Shown: one piece after another, positions 45,300-57,400 of the stretch
How positions within the stretch are numbered: the first letter of the stretch is position 1
Layout of the letters: each line of letters begins with the position of its first letter
Assembly: GCA_027923505.1 (NCBI GenBank)
Contig: BROI01000003.1
Coordinates: forward strand, 992,001 to 1,056,000
From: Mayamaea pseudoterrestris
Lineage: Eukaryota
Length of the DNA stretch: 64,000 bases
Direction: 5' to 3'
The notes under the pieces: model-generated
The model's database searches: none
Told to the model about the DNA's origin: nothing
What the model saw: the letters and a program-made list of their open reading frames with translations, nothing else
Translations under genes and position numbers: made by a program

Positions 45300-48200
45300 C
45301 CGTACAGCAGGCCACATAAAAGACCCAAGACACTGTATTCAGCCACATCACATCCAGGCGCCAAAGCAAGATGTATGCCTGGATAGGTGTCTCAAGGGAC
45401 AGCAATGATATTGGTGACAACTTGTCCTCAGTCCTCAGCCCGCAGATGCCGTGACATTCAAACTGATCCTCTCGGTTCAGGCTCGATGTAGCGGCGACGC
45501 AAGACTATCGAAGAGCCATTTCATTAAGAGCTGTACAGCGTGGCCAAGACTGTATTGGAGCTTAGATGTCTGGGTACTGTGAAACGTCAATGGTGTTAGA
45601 TTAACAGTTTCAGTGCTAGAGTAGAACCCGAGCGAGGGAGCTATAGTGACACATTCGTCTGCAGCGAGTCCAATTCCTCTGATCAACCTCCACGATGGCA
45701 ACGATTGATGTAACGACCTACAAGTGTGCCGTCGGAAAGTCTTCGACATTCTGTGGCTCGCAGGGCCGAACTTGGGATCCAAGTGACCCTACCGCAGCGT
45801 GCATCAGACAAAGAACTCACGACGCGGAGGCGAATACGAGTTGTCGGAACAAGACGTGAGGACATTAGAACCAGTACCATTGGTCGACGATACGAACAAT
45901 GCCCAGCTCGCGAGCAGATGCATGAGCATTCGACGACTGCGCAATGGCAAGAGCTTGGAGAAAGACCACATTACGAACTGAAGACCTCCCAGTAGCACCG
46001 GGGTCACCAACGGCAGGCAACCGCAGTTTGAGGACTTCAGCGTTATCGGAGGCAACGGCACCACACAAGCGGGAGCCGCGACATCAAACGCTACCATGCT
46101 AGAGCTCAAGAACATCGCAAGTTCTGCTCCTACTGGCGGGCCTTCAGACCGCAGTACGCTGGCTTTTGGGACAACAGTTGCCAACTGCCACTCGCAGCCT
46201 GCAGTATCAGTATCAGTGTTCGAAGCTCTAGCGGCGCTCGAGTATACCTGCAAGACACCGCAGAGCAAGCTCATCGTCCGTGGCTATCGACAGCGCGAAT
46301 GCCTCAGCGTGCATTGCAGAGTTGGAGGCGACATTCCTCGATGGGATGGCGCGCAAGTTGGATCACGTTCGCCGAGACAAATGGCGCTAATTTCACCCTC
46401 GACGCAGCGCCAAGTATCTCGTATTGGCCATCCAGTGGTCCAGCACAGGAAGAAAACTACAAGACTACGCCGGAAACCAGCTCTCAGAGCACAGCGTCAG
46501 ATTCTGGCGTCACGGTTTTCCAGCCAGCGGATGATTCAAACGGCGTGAACATGCGCTGATAAAGTCCAAAACACCAAGTGTTACATCCAGTTTTACTCCT
46601 GCGTGCACGTCAATCTGACATGTCGTGGCTCAAGGGACCGAGAACGTGAGGCGACCAATCTGGCGACCAGAAAACGACGAGGCAGCGCATTTCTAGCACA
46701 ACAATCAGCGCTGTAGTGTAACAAAGGACAACTTGTCACAGCAGCCGCAGATGCTTCGGGAATATTCATATCCAAGCAGCGATGATACACCCAATGACAC
46801 CAGAATCGTGCCAACTCATTATTCAGGCAAACAAATGGTATGCGTGTGTCTAGGGTCGGCAAGACCGAACTCACCATGCGATTCAACCCCACAGCAGGCA
46901 GTATACACCCATGACACCAGAATGGTGACAACATCATTACAGGCTGCGCCAAATGGTATGCAAGGTCTAGGGAGCAAGATATTAGTGACAACTTGTCACC
47001 AGTCTCAGCCATGCCGTGACATTCTACAAGCAGTGGCGATGTATATAACGGCGTTGGCGGAGTATGGGAGCGGGCGGCCACATCATTACCGAGGCAAGTT
47101 CCACAAGATTGAAGTCCTGGAGTCGGGGTCTCAAACTTCCGACCTGTCTACCGTCACAGCAGTCGCCAAGCTTAGAGCACCAAGGTTGGCGAGCCATACA
47201 CCATATGACACCAGGGTGCCAAGCGTATCATTCAGTGTGCCAGATGGAAGCCTTCCTGGATCGTGTCTCAAGGAAAAGCATTGGTGACAACTTGGTGACA
47301 CAGTTTCAGTTATCAGACGGATGCCGTACATTACGCTCGAGTGGCTATGGCTACCTGCCAATGACTACCAGAATGGTGCCAGCATCATTATTCACGCTTG
47401 CGCTACAAGCTGGTATGCATGGCTAGTGACTCGAGGGGACGCTGATGGGATCGAACGTTTGACTGTCGCAGCCGGCAGATGATGACCTATGCCTCTTGGC
47501 ATGACGATGTACAACCAAATGACACAGAATGGTGCGACAACATCATTATTCAGGCTGCGCTACAGTTGGAGGCTTCACGCGCGTGACCGATTGGCGTACG
47601 CGGATTTGCACCCATCGTCAGAGCACGTGACGTTGCGAGTCTCGGACGACATTCAACCTTACACAGCAGGCAATGTATATACCCAAATGATACCAGAATG
47701 GTGCCAACATCATTATTCAGGCTGCGCTACAAGATGGTATGCCTGGCTAGTGTCTCAGGGGAATGCAATGATATTGGTGACAACTTGTCACCAGTCTCAG
47801 TCAGCAGATGCCGTGACATTCAAACGCCCCTACAGCAGGCCACTTATACACCCAAGTGACACCAGAATGGTGCCAACATCATTATTCAGGGCTGCGCTAC
47901 AAGATGGTATGCCTGGATAGTGTCTCAAGGGACAGCAATGATATTGGTGACAACTTGTCCCCAGTCTCAGCCCTCGGATGCCATGACATTCAAACGCCCC
48001 TACAGCAGGCTATGTAAACACCCAAATGACACCAAAATGGTGCCAACATCATTATTCAGGCTGCGCTACAAGATAGTATGCCTGGCCAGTGTCTCAGGGG
48101 ACGTCAATGATATTGGTGACAACTTGTCACCAGTCTCAGCCTTCAGATGCTGTGACATTCAAACGCCCCTACAGCAGGCCATGTATACACCCAAATGACA

Positions 48201-48495
48201 CCAGAATTGTGCCAACATCATTATTCAGGCTGCGCTACAAGAAGGTATGCCTGGCTTGTGTCTCAGGGTACGGCAATGATATTGGTGTCAACTTGTCACC
48301 AGTCTCAGCCTGCAGATGCCATGACATTCAAACACACCTACAGCAGGCCAAGTATATACCTAAATGACACCAGAATGGTGCCAACATCAATTTTCAGGCT
48401 GCGCTACAAGATGGTGGGCTTGGCTAGTGTCTCAGGGGATGGCAATGATATTGGTGACAACTTGTCACCAGTCTCAGCCCAAAGATGCCGTGACT
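45300..48495. repeat. 169-bp tandem satellite: ~5 clean units at 47670-48495, degenerate units at 45300-45465 and 46720-47670
   Basis: Unit starts (acccaaatga-like) at 47681, 47850, 48020, 48189 and 48358; each unit carries the palindrome TGGTGACAA-C-TTGTCACCA. Confidence 0.92.
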
Positions 48496-48590
48496 TCGAC
48501 ACACGTAGAGCAAGGCGCGTCGGTGCCCAAACGACACCAGAATTTTGAACTCGTATTCCGGCCCTGCTTCGAAAGAAGGGGAGCCGCGTC
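45465..48590 (+). mobile_element. Highly corrupted opposite-orientation family B copy (LTR end, gag, PR fragment, IN C-terminus) interleaved with satellite
   Basis: tggtgttagattaaca at ~45591, gag start ~45695, GKFHKIEV...SDLSTVTAVAKL at ~47090-47175, and gaaagaaggggagccgcgtct at 48571-48591. Confidence 0.7.
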
Positions 48591-48940
48591 TTAACACCGT
48601 TGACGATTTCGCAGTCAACGTCTTACCTCCAAAAAGCTCCGATACAGGGTCCTTGGCCACGGTCTGTACAGCTCTTGATGGAGATGGCTCGTCGAATAGT
48701 CTTGCGCTCGCCACTACACGAATACGACTGCACTCTCGTCGCAAACTAGTAGTTCTATATTGTGAGCTTATCGCTACATCGCTACATCGACCACTCGGAA
48801 GATCATCCGATCAATCCGTTTCTTTCAATCACATTACATCAGTCGTAACTGGTCGTTCCATTCATACAACGCATCCACACGACGGTTGCGCACTTTCTTC
48901 ATTCACATGTCACATACGACAGCTGCGGACTCGACACAAG

Positions 48941-51481
48941 CTAATTAGGGTTCGGGCTCTTGACTTCGCCGCTCTGCGACTTGTCACTCCCCTCGGGTAC
49001 GCTGCTGGTCGTAGCCGCATTCTTGTCCTTCACAATCGCATACGATGTATCGCCGCGCCAAAACAATACTGGCTTGAGCAATGGCATCGCATCACAGTAC
49101 GGCAGGTACTTCGTCAGTACGTCCGCAATGTTCTCCTTTCCGTCAATCTTCACAAACTTGATAATCCCCGCAGCAACTGCCCAACGAACACGATGGTAGG
49201 CCAACGCATTGTGTCGCTTGGACAATGTCGAACTTGGGATTGTAGATTGCGTAATCACTGCTTGGTTGTCTCCGTACATCCAGGCAGACTTCTCCAATGG
49301 TACGCCCATAGCCATGAGCGACGCGCGTAGAGAAATGCTGATATCCGTTCCACTCTTTGCTACGCCGAATTCCGATCCGAAGGTCGCAGTCTCGACTGTA
49401 GCCTGGAGTTTGCAATGCCAGTCGACAGGCGTCTGGTTGACAAATGACAAAACTCCTTCCAATGACTTGCCTGTCACCATGCAATGCATGAGACACGCAT
49501 CCTCGAAAGTTGATGTTCGTACGGTCACACCCTTTGGCGGTGGGTAGACGTCCAACATCTCATCAACTCCGTCCTTCCCGTAAACGCTGCGCTCCCAATC
49601 TTGTTCCTCCATGGTGCCGAAGTGCTCCTCGTTGGCTGGCCACTTCGTACGGAAACGGATTGCTGCGTCCGGTAACTCTCGCAAATATCCACAGACTCGC
49701 TTCACCCGCTGCAGGTGTCCCTTGCGCGGCTCCACACGGAATCGCGACAGACTCACAACTGCAACGGCAATGTCAAATCGTCCCAAAGTAATCGCCCACT
49801 GAAGTGCTCCGACTAGAGACTGGTAAATCTTCTTCTCTTGGTCGTTCAGTAGCTCGCTTTGGTCAAGTTCTGGATGATCGTCTTTGTCGATTGGTGATGA
49901 ATACTTCTTCGGAGGACCTTCAAACAAACGCTCGTACTGCGCCAAGAGTTTCGCAACGTAGGTCTTGGCCGACCAGTAAAGGGTTCCGTCAGGGTCTCGT
50001 CCAAAGTCACCGCCGAGATGATACTCGGGATGTCCAACACCTTTGAGCTTAAACTTGTACTTCTCCTCTAGCATCTTGAAGAACGCTGCTGGATCGTCTG
50101 AAATATTCAACAGATCGTCGACCCATACACAGAGGTAGTCGTAGCTGTCGCCGGCGTCCTTGATCCACAGATCGGAATCGCAATAGGACGGCTTCCACCC
50201 TTCCGCAAGTAGGGCGTCGGCTAAGCGTTCGTGAAATCGTGCTCCGCTCGTTCGCAATCCGTACAAAGCCTTGACGATGACCAGGATGTGTCCTTCGCGC
50301 TCCCCGAACTCGGGGCCTCCAACGAAGTATACCTTCTCCTTGGTGAACGCTTCGAGATAAGCATTCCCAATGTCACCGACCATGCACTTCTTGCCGTTTG
50401 CTTCTCCAATGACGAGAGCTAGACGCATTGCCTTCAATGAGATAACACTGGAGTAGGCATCGTCGTTGTCTTTCGTCATGTGGCCGCCTGCAACGAGACG
50501 TGCCTTGTATCGCAAATCGTGCTTGACATCGTACACAAAATGGACTCGGATCTTTTGGTAACCAGTTGGTGGTGCTGTGGTGGAACTCGGACCGAGATCT
50601 TGAAACGTCTCGTACTCGTCCAGGTTCGCAAGCTCCACGCCTTCCGCATCCGTCCACTTCGTGTGCCCTGCAGCTTCTTGTAGACGACGCGCTTCCTTCC
50701 AGTCTCGGGGTACTTGGACTCCAAACTTGTAGCGCGGTCCGTTCTTCTGCTGCTCCATTCGGGCGATCGCCACCTTGCGCGCAACCTTCTTGGCGTTCCG
50801 GGCCCATCGATTCAACGATGTCCATCCGTCCTTGTCGAGAAGATTATGCTTTTGCGCGTAGGCTGCCACTGATACTTTGTCGCTTTCGATCATCGCGTTG
50901 AGAGGCTCCCAAGTCTTGGATCCATCGTCCCATTGTACAAGGACGTTCCACTTGGAGTGCTTCCAGTTCTTCGACTTGCTCGTCAGCGGACCCTGATGGT
51001 CTAGAATCTCCTTGAAGAACCATTTACGCTCAGGATTCGCCATGTCTTGGTTCACTTCGGCCTCGTAGAGATCGGAAACCTCGACATAGGACATGACTTC
51101 GTCCGCTTCGCCGTTACCAAGCTTCAGCATCATTTTAATGTTCTGATGGTTCTGGGCGTCGCGGTTGTTCAGCTTGCTCATGACGGTCGCTCGAACTTCT
51201 TGCCCGTCGTCCATCTTCATGAGAAACGACTTGCCGATAAGTTCATCGGGTGCATACTTCGGGAGTTTGCGCCACGGATTGATGTTCTTCTTCTTCGGCT
51301 TGTCGTCGTCGTCATCGGCAGGATCGTCATCGGCAGGATTAGGATCTTCCTCCCCGTCGGTCATATCGTCGTCTTCCGGGTATTCCACCGTCTCAACCAA
51401 AGGGGTATCGTCTTCGTCAGGAATGAAAGAATCATCGTCTCTGCTGTCGGCGTCGGTAATCTTCTTGATCATTTCCGGCAT
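48941..51481 (-). CDS. Copia pol C-terminal part: chromodomain-like + RT + RNase H (copy 1)
   Basis: KARLVAGGH, GDIGNAYL, KALYGL, WVDD, GRFDI, FEDA, ETATFGSEF, NIADVLTK. Confidence 0.92.
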   Translation of the reverse strand: MPEMIKKITDADSRDDDSFIPDEDDTPLVETVEYPEDDDMTDGEEDPNPADDDPADDDDDKPKKKNINPWRKLPKYAPDELIGKSFLMKMDDGQEVRATVMSKLNNRDAQNHQNIKMMLKLGNGEADEVMSYVEVSDLYEAEVNQDMANPERKWFFKEILDHQGPLTSKSKNWKHSKWNVLVQWDDGSKTWEPLNAMIESDKVSVAAYAQKHNLLDKDGWTSLNRWARNAKKVARKVAIARMEQQKNGPRYKFGVQVPRDWKEARRLQEAAGHTKWTDAEGVELANLDEYETFQDLGPSSTTAPPTGYQKIRVHFVYDVKHDLRYKARLVAGGHMTKDNDDAYSSVISLKAMRLALVIGEANGKKCMVGDIGNAYLEAFTKEKVYFVGGPEFGEREGHILVIVKALYGLRTSGARFHERLADALLAEGWKPSYCDSDLWIKDAGDSYDYLCVWVDDLLNISDDPAAFFKMLEEKYKFKLKGVGHPEYHLGGDFGRDPDGTLYWSAKTYVAKLLAQYERLFEGPPKKYSSPIDKDDHPELDQSELLNDQEKKIYQSLVGALQWAITLGRFDIAVAVVSLSRFRVEPRKGHLQRVKRVCGYLRELPDAAIRFRTKWPANEEHFGTMEEQDWERSVYGKDGVDEMLDVYPPPKGVTVRTSTFEDACLMHCMVTGKSLEGVLSFVNQTPVDWHCKLQATVETATFGSEFGVAKSGTDISISLRASLMAMGVPLEKSAWMYGDNQAVITQSTIPSSTLSKRHNALAYHRVRWAVAAGIIKFVKIDGKENIADVLTKYLPYCDAMPLLKPVLFWRGDTSYAIVKDKNAATTSSVPEGSDKSQSGEVKSPNPN

Positions 51482-51893
51482 AAGGATCTCGCCACCTAGA
51501 CCAGGTACGGTATAGAGACGCTCCCTTCTTTCATGACTGGGGCTTAACACCGTTGACGATTTCGCAGTCAACGTCTTACCTCCAAAAAGCTCCGATACAG
51601 GGTCCTTGGCCACGGTCTGTACAGCTCTTGATGGAGATGGCTCGTCGAATAGTCTTGCGCTCGCCACTACACGAATACGACTGCACTCTCGTCGCAAACT
51701 AGTAGTTCTATATTGTGAGCTTATCGCTACATCGCTACATCGACCACTCGGAAGATCATCCGATCAATCCGTTTCTTTCAATCACATTACATCAGTCGTA
51801 ACTGGTCGTTCCATTCATACAACGCATCCACACGACGGTTGCGCACTTTCTTCATTCACATGTCACATACGACAGCTGCGGACTCGACACAAG

Positions 51894-54434
51894 CTAATTA
51901 GGGTTCGGGCTCTTGACTTCGCCGCTCTGCGACTTGTCACTCCCCTCGGGTACGCTGCTGGTCGTAGCCGCATTCTTGTCCTTCACAATCGCATACGATG
52001 TATCGCCGCGCCAAAACAATACTGGCTTGAGCAATGGCATCGCATCACAGTACGGCAGGTACTTCGTCAGTACGTCCGCAATGTTCTCCTTTCCGTCAAT
52101 CTTCACAAACTTGATAATCCCCGCAGCAACTGCCCAACGAACACGATGGTAGGCCAACGCATTGTGTCGCTTGGACAATGTCGAACTTGGGATTGTAGAT
52201 TGCGTAATCACTGCTTGGTTGTCTCCGTACATCCAGGCAGACTTCTCCAATGGTACGCCCATAGCCATGAGCGACGCGCGTAGAGAAATGCTGATATCCG
52301 TTCCACTCTTTGCTACGCCGAATTCCGATCCGAAGGTCGCAGTCTCGACTGTAGCCTGGAGTTTGCAATGCCAGTCGACAGGCGTCTGGTTGACAAATGA
52401 CAAAACTCCTTCCAATGACTTGCCTGTCACCATGCAATGCATGAGACACGCATCCTCGAAAGTTGATGTTCGTACGGTCACACCCTTTGGCGGTGGGTAG
52501 ACGTCCAACATCTCATCAACTCCGTCCTTCCCGTAAACGCTGCGCTCCCAATCTTGTTCCTCCATGGTGCCGAAGTGCTCCTCGTTGGCTGGCCACTTCG
52601 TACGGAAACGGATTGCTGCGTCCGGTAACTCTCGCAAATATCCACAGACTCGCTTCACCCGCTGCAGGTGTCCCTTGCGCGGCTCCACACGGAATCGCGA
52701 CAGACTCACAACTGCAACGGCAATGTCAAATCGTCCCAAAGTAATCGCCCACTGAAGTGCTCCGACTAGAGACTGGTAAATCTTCTTCTCTTGGTCGTTC
52801 AGTAGCTCGCTTTGGTCAAGTTCTGGATGATCGTCTTTGTCGATTGGTGATGAATACTTCTTCGGAGGACCTTCAAACAAACGCTCGTACTGCGCCAAGA
52901 GTTTCGCAACGTAGGTCTTGGCCGACCAGTAAAGGGTTCCGTCAGGGTCTCGTCCAAAGTCACCGCCGAGATGATACTCGGGATGTCCAACACCTTTGAG
53001 CTTAAACTTGTACTTCTCCTCTAGCATCTTGAAGAACGCTGCTGGATCGTCTGAAATATTCAACAGATCGTCGACCCATACACAGAGGTAGTCGTAGCTG
53101 TCGCCGGCGTCCTTGATCCACAGATCGGAATCGCAATAGGACGGCTTCCACCCTTCCGCAAGTAGGGCGTCGGCTAAGCGTTCGTGAAATCGTGCTCCGC
53201 TCGTTCGCAATCCGTACAAAGCCTTGACGATGACCAGGATGTGTCCTTCGCGCTCCCCGAACTCGGGGCCTCCAACGAAGTATACCTTCTCCTTGGTGAA
53301 CGCTTCGAGATAAGCATTCCCAATGTCACCGACCATGCACTTCTTGCCGTTTGCTTCTCCAATGACGAGAGCTAGACGCATTGCCTTCAATGAGATAACA
53401 CTGGAGTAGGCATCGTCGTTGTCTTTCGTCATGTGGCCGCCTGCAACGAGACGTGCCTTGTATCGCAAATCGTGCTTGACATCGTACACAAAATGGACTC
53501 GGATCTTTTGGTAACCAGTTGGTGGTGCTGTGGTGGAACTCGGACCGAGATCTTGAAACGTCTCGTACTCGTCCAGGTTCGCAAGCTCCACGCCTTCCGC
53601 ATCCGTCCACTTCGTGTGCCCTGCAGCTTCTTGTAGACGACGCGCTTCCTTCCAGTCTCGGGGTACTTGGACTCCAAACTTGTAGCGCGGTCCGTTCTTC
53701 TGCTGCTCCATTCGGGCGATCGCCACCTTGCGCGCAACCTTCTTGGCGTTCCGGGCCCATCGATTCAACGATGTCCATCCGTCCTTGTCGAGAAGATTAT
53801 GCTTTTGCGCGTAGGCTGCCACTGATACTTTGTCGCTTTCGATCATCGCGTTGAGAGGCTCCCAAGTCTTGGATCCATCGTCCCATTGTACAAGGACGTT
53901 CCACTTGGAGTGCTTCCAGTTCTTCGACTTGCTCGTCAGCGGACCCTGATGGTCTAGAATCTCCTTGAAGAACCATTTACGCTCAGGATTCGCCATGTCT
54001 TGGTTCACTTCGGCCTCGTAGAGATCGGAAACCTCGACATAGGACATGACTTCGTCCGCTTCGCCGTTACCAAGCTTCAGCATCATTTTAATGTTCTGAT
54101 GGTTCTGGGCGTCGCGGTTGTTCAGCTTGCTCATGACGGTCGCTCGAACTTCTTGCCCGTCGTCCATCTTCATGAGAAACGACTTGCCGATAAGTTCATC
54201 GGGTGCATACTTCGGGAGTTTGCGCCACGGATTGATGTTCTTCTTCTTCGGCTTGTCGTCGTCGTCATCGGCAGGATCGTCATCGGCAGGATTAGGATCT
54301 TCCTCCCCGTCGGTCATATCGTCGTCTTCCGGGTATTCCACCGTCTCAACCAAAGGGGTATCGTCTTCGTCAGGAATGAAAGAATCATCGTCTCTGCTGT
54401 CGGCGTCGGTAATCTTCTTGATCATTTCCGGCAT
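51894..54434 (-). CDS. Copia pol C-terminal part: chromodomain-like + RT + RNase H (copy 2; translation identical to copy 1)
   Basis: Same 846-aa translation, offset by 2953 bp. Confidence 0.92.
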   Translation of the reverse strand: MPEMIKKITDADSRDDDSFIPDEDDTPLVETVEYPEDDDMTDGEEDPNPADDDPADDDDDKPKKKNINPWRKLPKYAPDELIGKSFLMKMDDGQEVRATVMSKLNNRDAQNHQNIKMMLKLGNGEADEVMSYVEVSDLYEAEVNQDMANPERKWFFKEILDHQGPLTSKSKNWKHSKWNVLVQWDDGSKTWEPLNAMIESDKVSVAAYAQKHNLLDKDGWTSLNRWARNAKKVARKVAIARMEQQKNGPRYKFGVQVPRDWKEARRLQEAAGHTKWTDAEGVELANLDEYETFQDLGPSSTTAPPTGYQKIRVHFVYDVKHDLRYKARLVAGGHMTKDNDDAYSSVISLKAMRLALVIGEANGKKCMVGDIGNAYLEAFTKEKVYFVGGPEFGEREGHILVIVKALYGLRTSGARFHERLADALLAEGWKPSYCDSDLWIKDAGDSYDYLCVWVDDLLNISDDPAAFFKMLEEKYKFKLKGVGHPEYHLGGDFGRDPDGTLYWSAKTYVAKLLAQYERLFEGPPKKYSSPIDKDDHPELDQSELLNDQEKKIYQSLVGALQWAITLGRFDIAVAVVSLSRFRVEPRKGHLQRVKRVCGYLRELPDAAIRFRTKWPANEEHFGTMEEQDWERSVYGKDGVDEMLDVYPPPKGVTVRTSTFEDACLMHCMVTGKSLEGVLSFVNQTPVDWHCKLQATVETATFGSEFGVAKSGTDISISLRASLMAMGVPLEKSAWMYGDNQAVITQSTIPSSTLSKRHNALAYHRVRWAVAAGIIKFVKIDGKENIADVLTKYLPYCDAMPLLKPVLFWRGDTSYAIVKDKNAATTSSVPEGSDKSQSGEVKSPNPN

Positions 54435-57400
54435 AAGGATCTCGCCACCTAGACCAGGTACGGTATAGAGACGCTCCCTTCTTTCATGACTGGGGCGTGC
54501 CGACCGAGTTCAAATTTTTGGGTAAACAAACCGATCCTATGTCTCTTCGATCCAGATGAATGTCGGTCGTCTCCCGTCGTGTTGGGACCAAGCCAGTACG
54601 CCGGCGCGCGAGTCCGGGCCTCGACATCCTTGACAAAGTAGTTGACAATTTCAAACCAACGAAAATGCAAATGCTTCGACACGTCGGGGGACTTGCCCAG
54701 TGATAAACTCGATGGGGGACTTGCCGTCCAAGGCAGGATGCGACAAATGACGGTACATCTCGGTCTGAAAGAGTAAGCGCGTAGCCAGAAGCATGCCGTG
54801 CCCGTTCGGTCCATAAGTCGTTCACGACTTTCCTGTGCCCGATGATGCGCTCGCTGGATTTTGATTCTGGTAGTGCGGCTCCGATGTGTGCGCGGCGAAT
54901 CATGAACTTCGCGCTTGCTTCGTCAAACTCGGCACTCATCGCTTCTTTCGCATATCGAGAAGACTTCCAGCGGGCTCAACTCGCGGATGAAATCACGGAA
55001 TCGTTTCGGTACGTCACCTTTCGTCCGCATGGGATACCGACAATGATCTGACTGCGACAACCATACTCACATGTCCTGATATGATCGTCCATGGCGGTTC
55101 GTCGAAGAACATGGTGTCATGGGCCATCGATCATCTAGACGGTAGACGTTCAGGAATCGGATCTTTCGATGCATTCGTGGGGGGTATCGGCGCTCGTGCA
55201 TATTGAACTGCGTGCTGTGGCGCAAAGTATCCTTGATCGTCTGCGCGGTACCATGCAAAGTTCGGCAGCAATGCTCGATATCATTCTTTCAATGAAATCC
55301 GCATGTCTTCTGTGCGCGGCACAAACATTCAGCTCCTTCTCGGTGTAAACAGGTTGATTGTCGTGTCCGAGATTCGTATAAGTCACGTTGCTTTGACGAT
55401 GGGTGCGATTCCGCGTACGCGAACGTGTCGCGCGCGTAAACCCTCTTCGTTGTCACTGTCTTCGTCGTCTTCGTCGCGCGACAACAAGTCCGGTACGTCG
55501 TCCTCGTCGTCATCGTCATCGTCATCCGAAGAGTCATAGTCATCATCCTCGGTCGGCTCGACGTCAAACTCATTCGGATCCCAAGGCCCATCGAAGGTCA
55601 TCATGACCCGAGGTAAGGTGTGAAGCTCATGCGCCGACACTGGAAACATTGGCAAGGTCGCCATGCCACTTTCCATTCCGAGCATAAACTTGTATCCATC
55701 TGGCGTTTCGATTCGTAACTTGCCACCAAGGTTGTAATGCTTATGCGTTGACATGAAGTCGAAGGCTTCCATCTGCATACTTGAATGAATCGTCTTGCCG
55801 GTTCCAGAATATGCGTAATTATGGAACTCGCCGACGACCCAACCCTTGGTGCTCTTAAGCTTGGCGACTGCTGTGACGGTAGACAGGTCCGAAGTTTGGA
55901 CCACCGACTCCAGTGACTTCAATCTTGTGGAACTTGTCCTCGGTAAGTGACGGCCGTCGCTCCCCATACCTCCGCCACTCGCGCCGATCGACAGTCACTG
56001 GAATGCTTATCCAGTCAATGCTCGCGACTTTTACTTTGCGTGACTCTGAGCAATATTTGCTCCCAGTCGTAGTCGTGGCGGTGTCTGGACCTAAGAAACC
56101 TGGACCGCATCGCTGAGCCACGGCTGGTGTTGTTCCAGCTTCGGTCACGCAGACTCGCCGTCGTTGCCGCTGATGAAGTGGCTGCGACGTTCACGTTGCG
56201 TGTTGTACTGCGTCGTCTGCGTGGTGCCTGCCTGTGTTGCTGATGTCGGACCACCTGCAGCACTGGCCGCTCGACTCTACCACGGTGTTCAAACACTTCA
56301 TGTTGCTGATCGCGGGTAGGAGTCGCCACGTGTTGTGGAATCGTCGCATTCACGTCGCTGGGAATTTCGATCGTTTCTTGGTCGGCATAGCTGCGAACAT
56401 ACGAGCGAGTATCTCCCCCGACCGCTGCCGCCGCCAGCGCCTCGTCCGTGCTCAAGTCGCCGCGACCACCGCCCCCTGATTGGATTGCTGATTGTTGCTG
56501 CTACTTGGCGTGGAATTGTTCGCGCTTGCCTTCTTCGTCTTGTTCCTTCTCTCTTTCTTGGTCTGCTCAGATTGGTTCGCCTGGCGCTTCTCGGTCTCCC
56601 TTGATGCCACGACGATTTCATCGGATTGACGTGGCGACGTCGTTCAGGAGGTTCCAAAACTGGGTGTACGCCATCGGGTTGCCGGTCTTGGACTCTTCGA
56701 TCAGCGCCATGTTCACCGCCGCTGCCATATCCGCATGGCGAAAAACGCGCACTCCAAAATCCTGACGCCGTGCTTGCTGTAAGCATGCTCGGTTTCCTCG
56801 GCGTAGTCATTGTAGTTCTCTTCCTTGCTGGACCACTGGATAAGCCAATTGACGAGAGACTTGGGCGTAACTCGCGATCGGCCAGAGAGTGAAATTGCGC
56901 GCCATTCGTCTTCGCCGAACGTAGATCCAATTGCAGGGCGCCATCCCGTCGAGGAATGTCGCCTCCAACTCTGCAATGCACGCTGAGGCATTCGCGCTGT
57001 TGATGTGCTTGCGGACAATGAGCTTGCTCTGCGGTGTCTTGCAGGTATACTTCGAGCGCCGCTAAAAGCTTTGAACACTGATACTGATACTCGGCGAATT
57101 CGGGCCGAGGTAGCAGGGCCGGTTTGATTAACTCGTCGTCCCAAAAAGTAGCCAAGTCCTCGCTTCGTTGCTTGAAGGCCTAGCGAGAATGGCGGCGGAG
57201 CTCAGCGATGGTTCTTCAGCTCCAGCTTGATGGTCGTCGGCTTCGTTCGTCGTGGTGTCGTTGCCTCCGATAACGCTGAAGTCTCCGAAACTGCGGTTGC
57301 CTGCGGTCGGTCGACCCCGGTGCTGTGGAGGTCTCAGCTACGGAATGTGATCTTTCTCCAGGTCTTGCCATTGCGCAGTCGTCCGACGTTGCTCGTGAAT

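Larger units (their letters stand above)
48591..54496. repeat. Tandem duplication with a 2953-bp unit
   Basis: All six-frame ORFs recur with identical translations at +2953. Confidence 0.95.

Noticed and set aside
47670..48495. CRISPR array or repeat-encoded protein
   Set aside because: Whole 169-bp units repeat with no unique spacers, no cas genes are present and the context is eukaryotic; the unit length is not divisible by 3
48545..52283. Plus-strand ORFs of 261 and 225 aa spanning the LTR and antisense RNase H
   Set aside because: Non-ATG starts and no motifs; the same frame is truncated in copy B1 (137 aa), so these are most likely shadow ORFs
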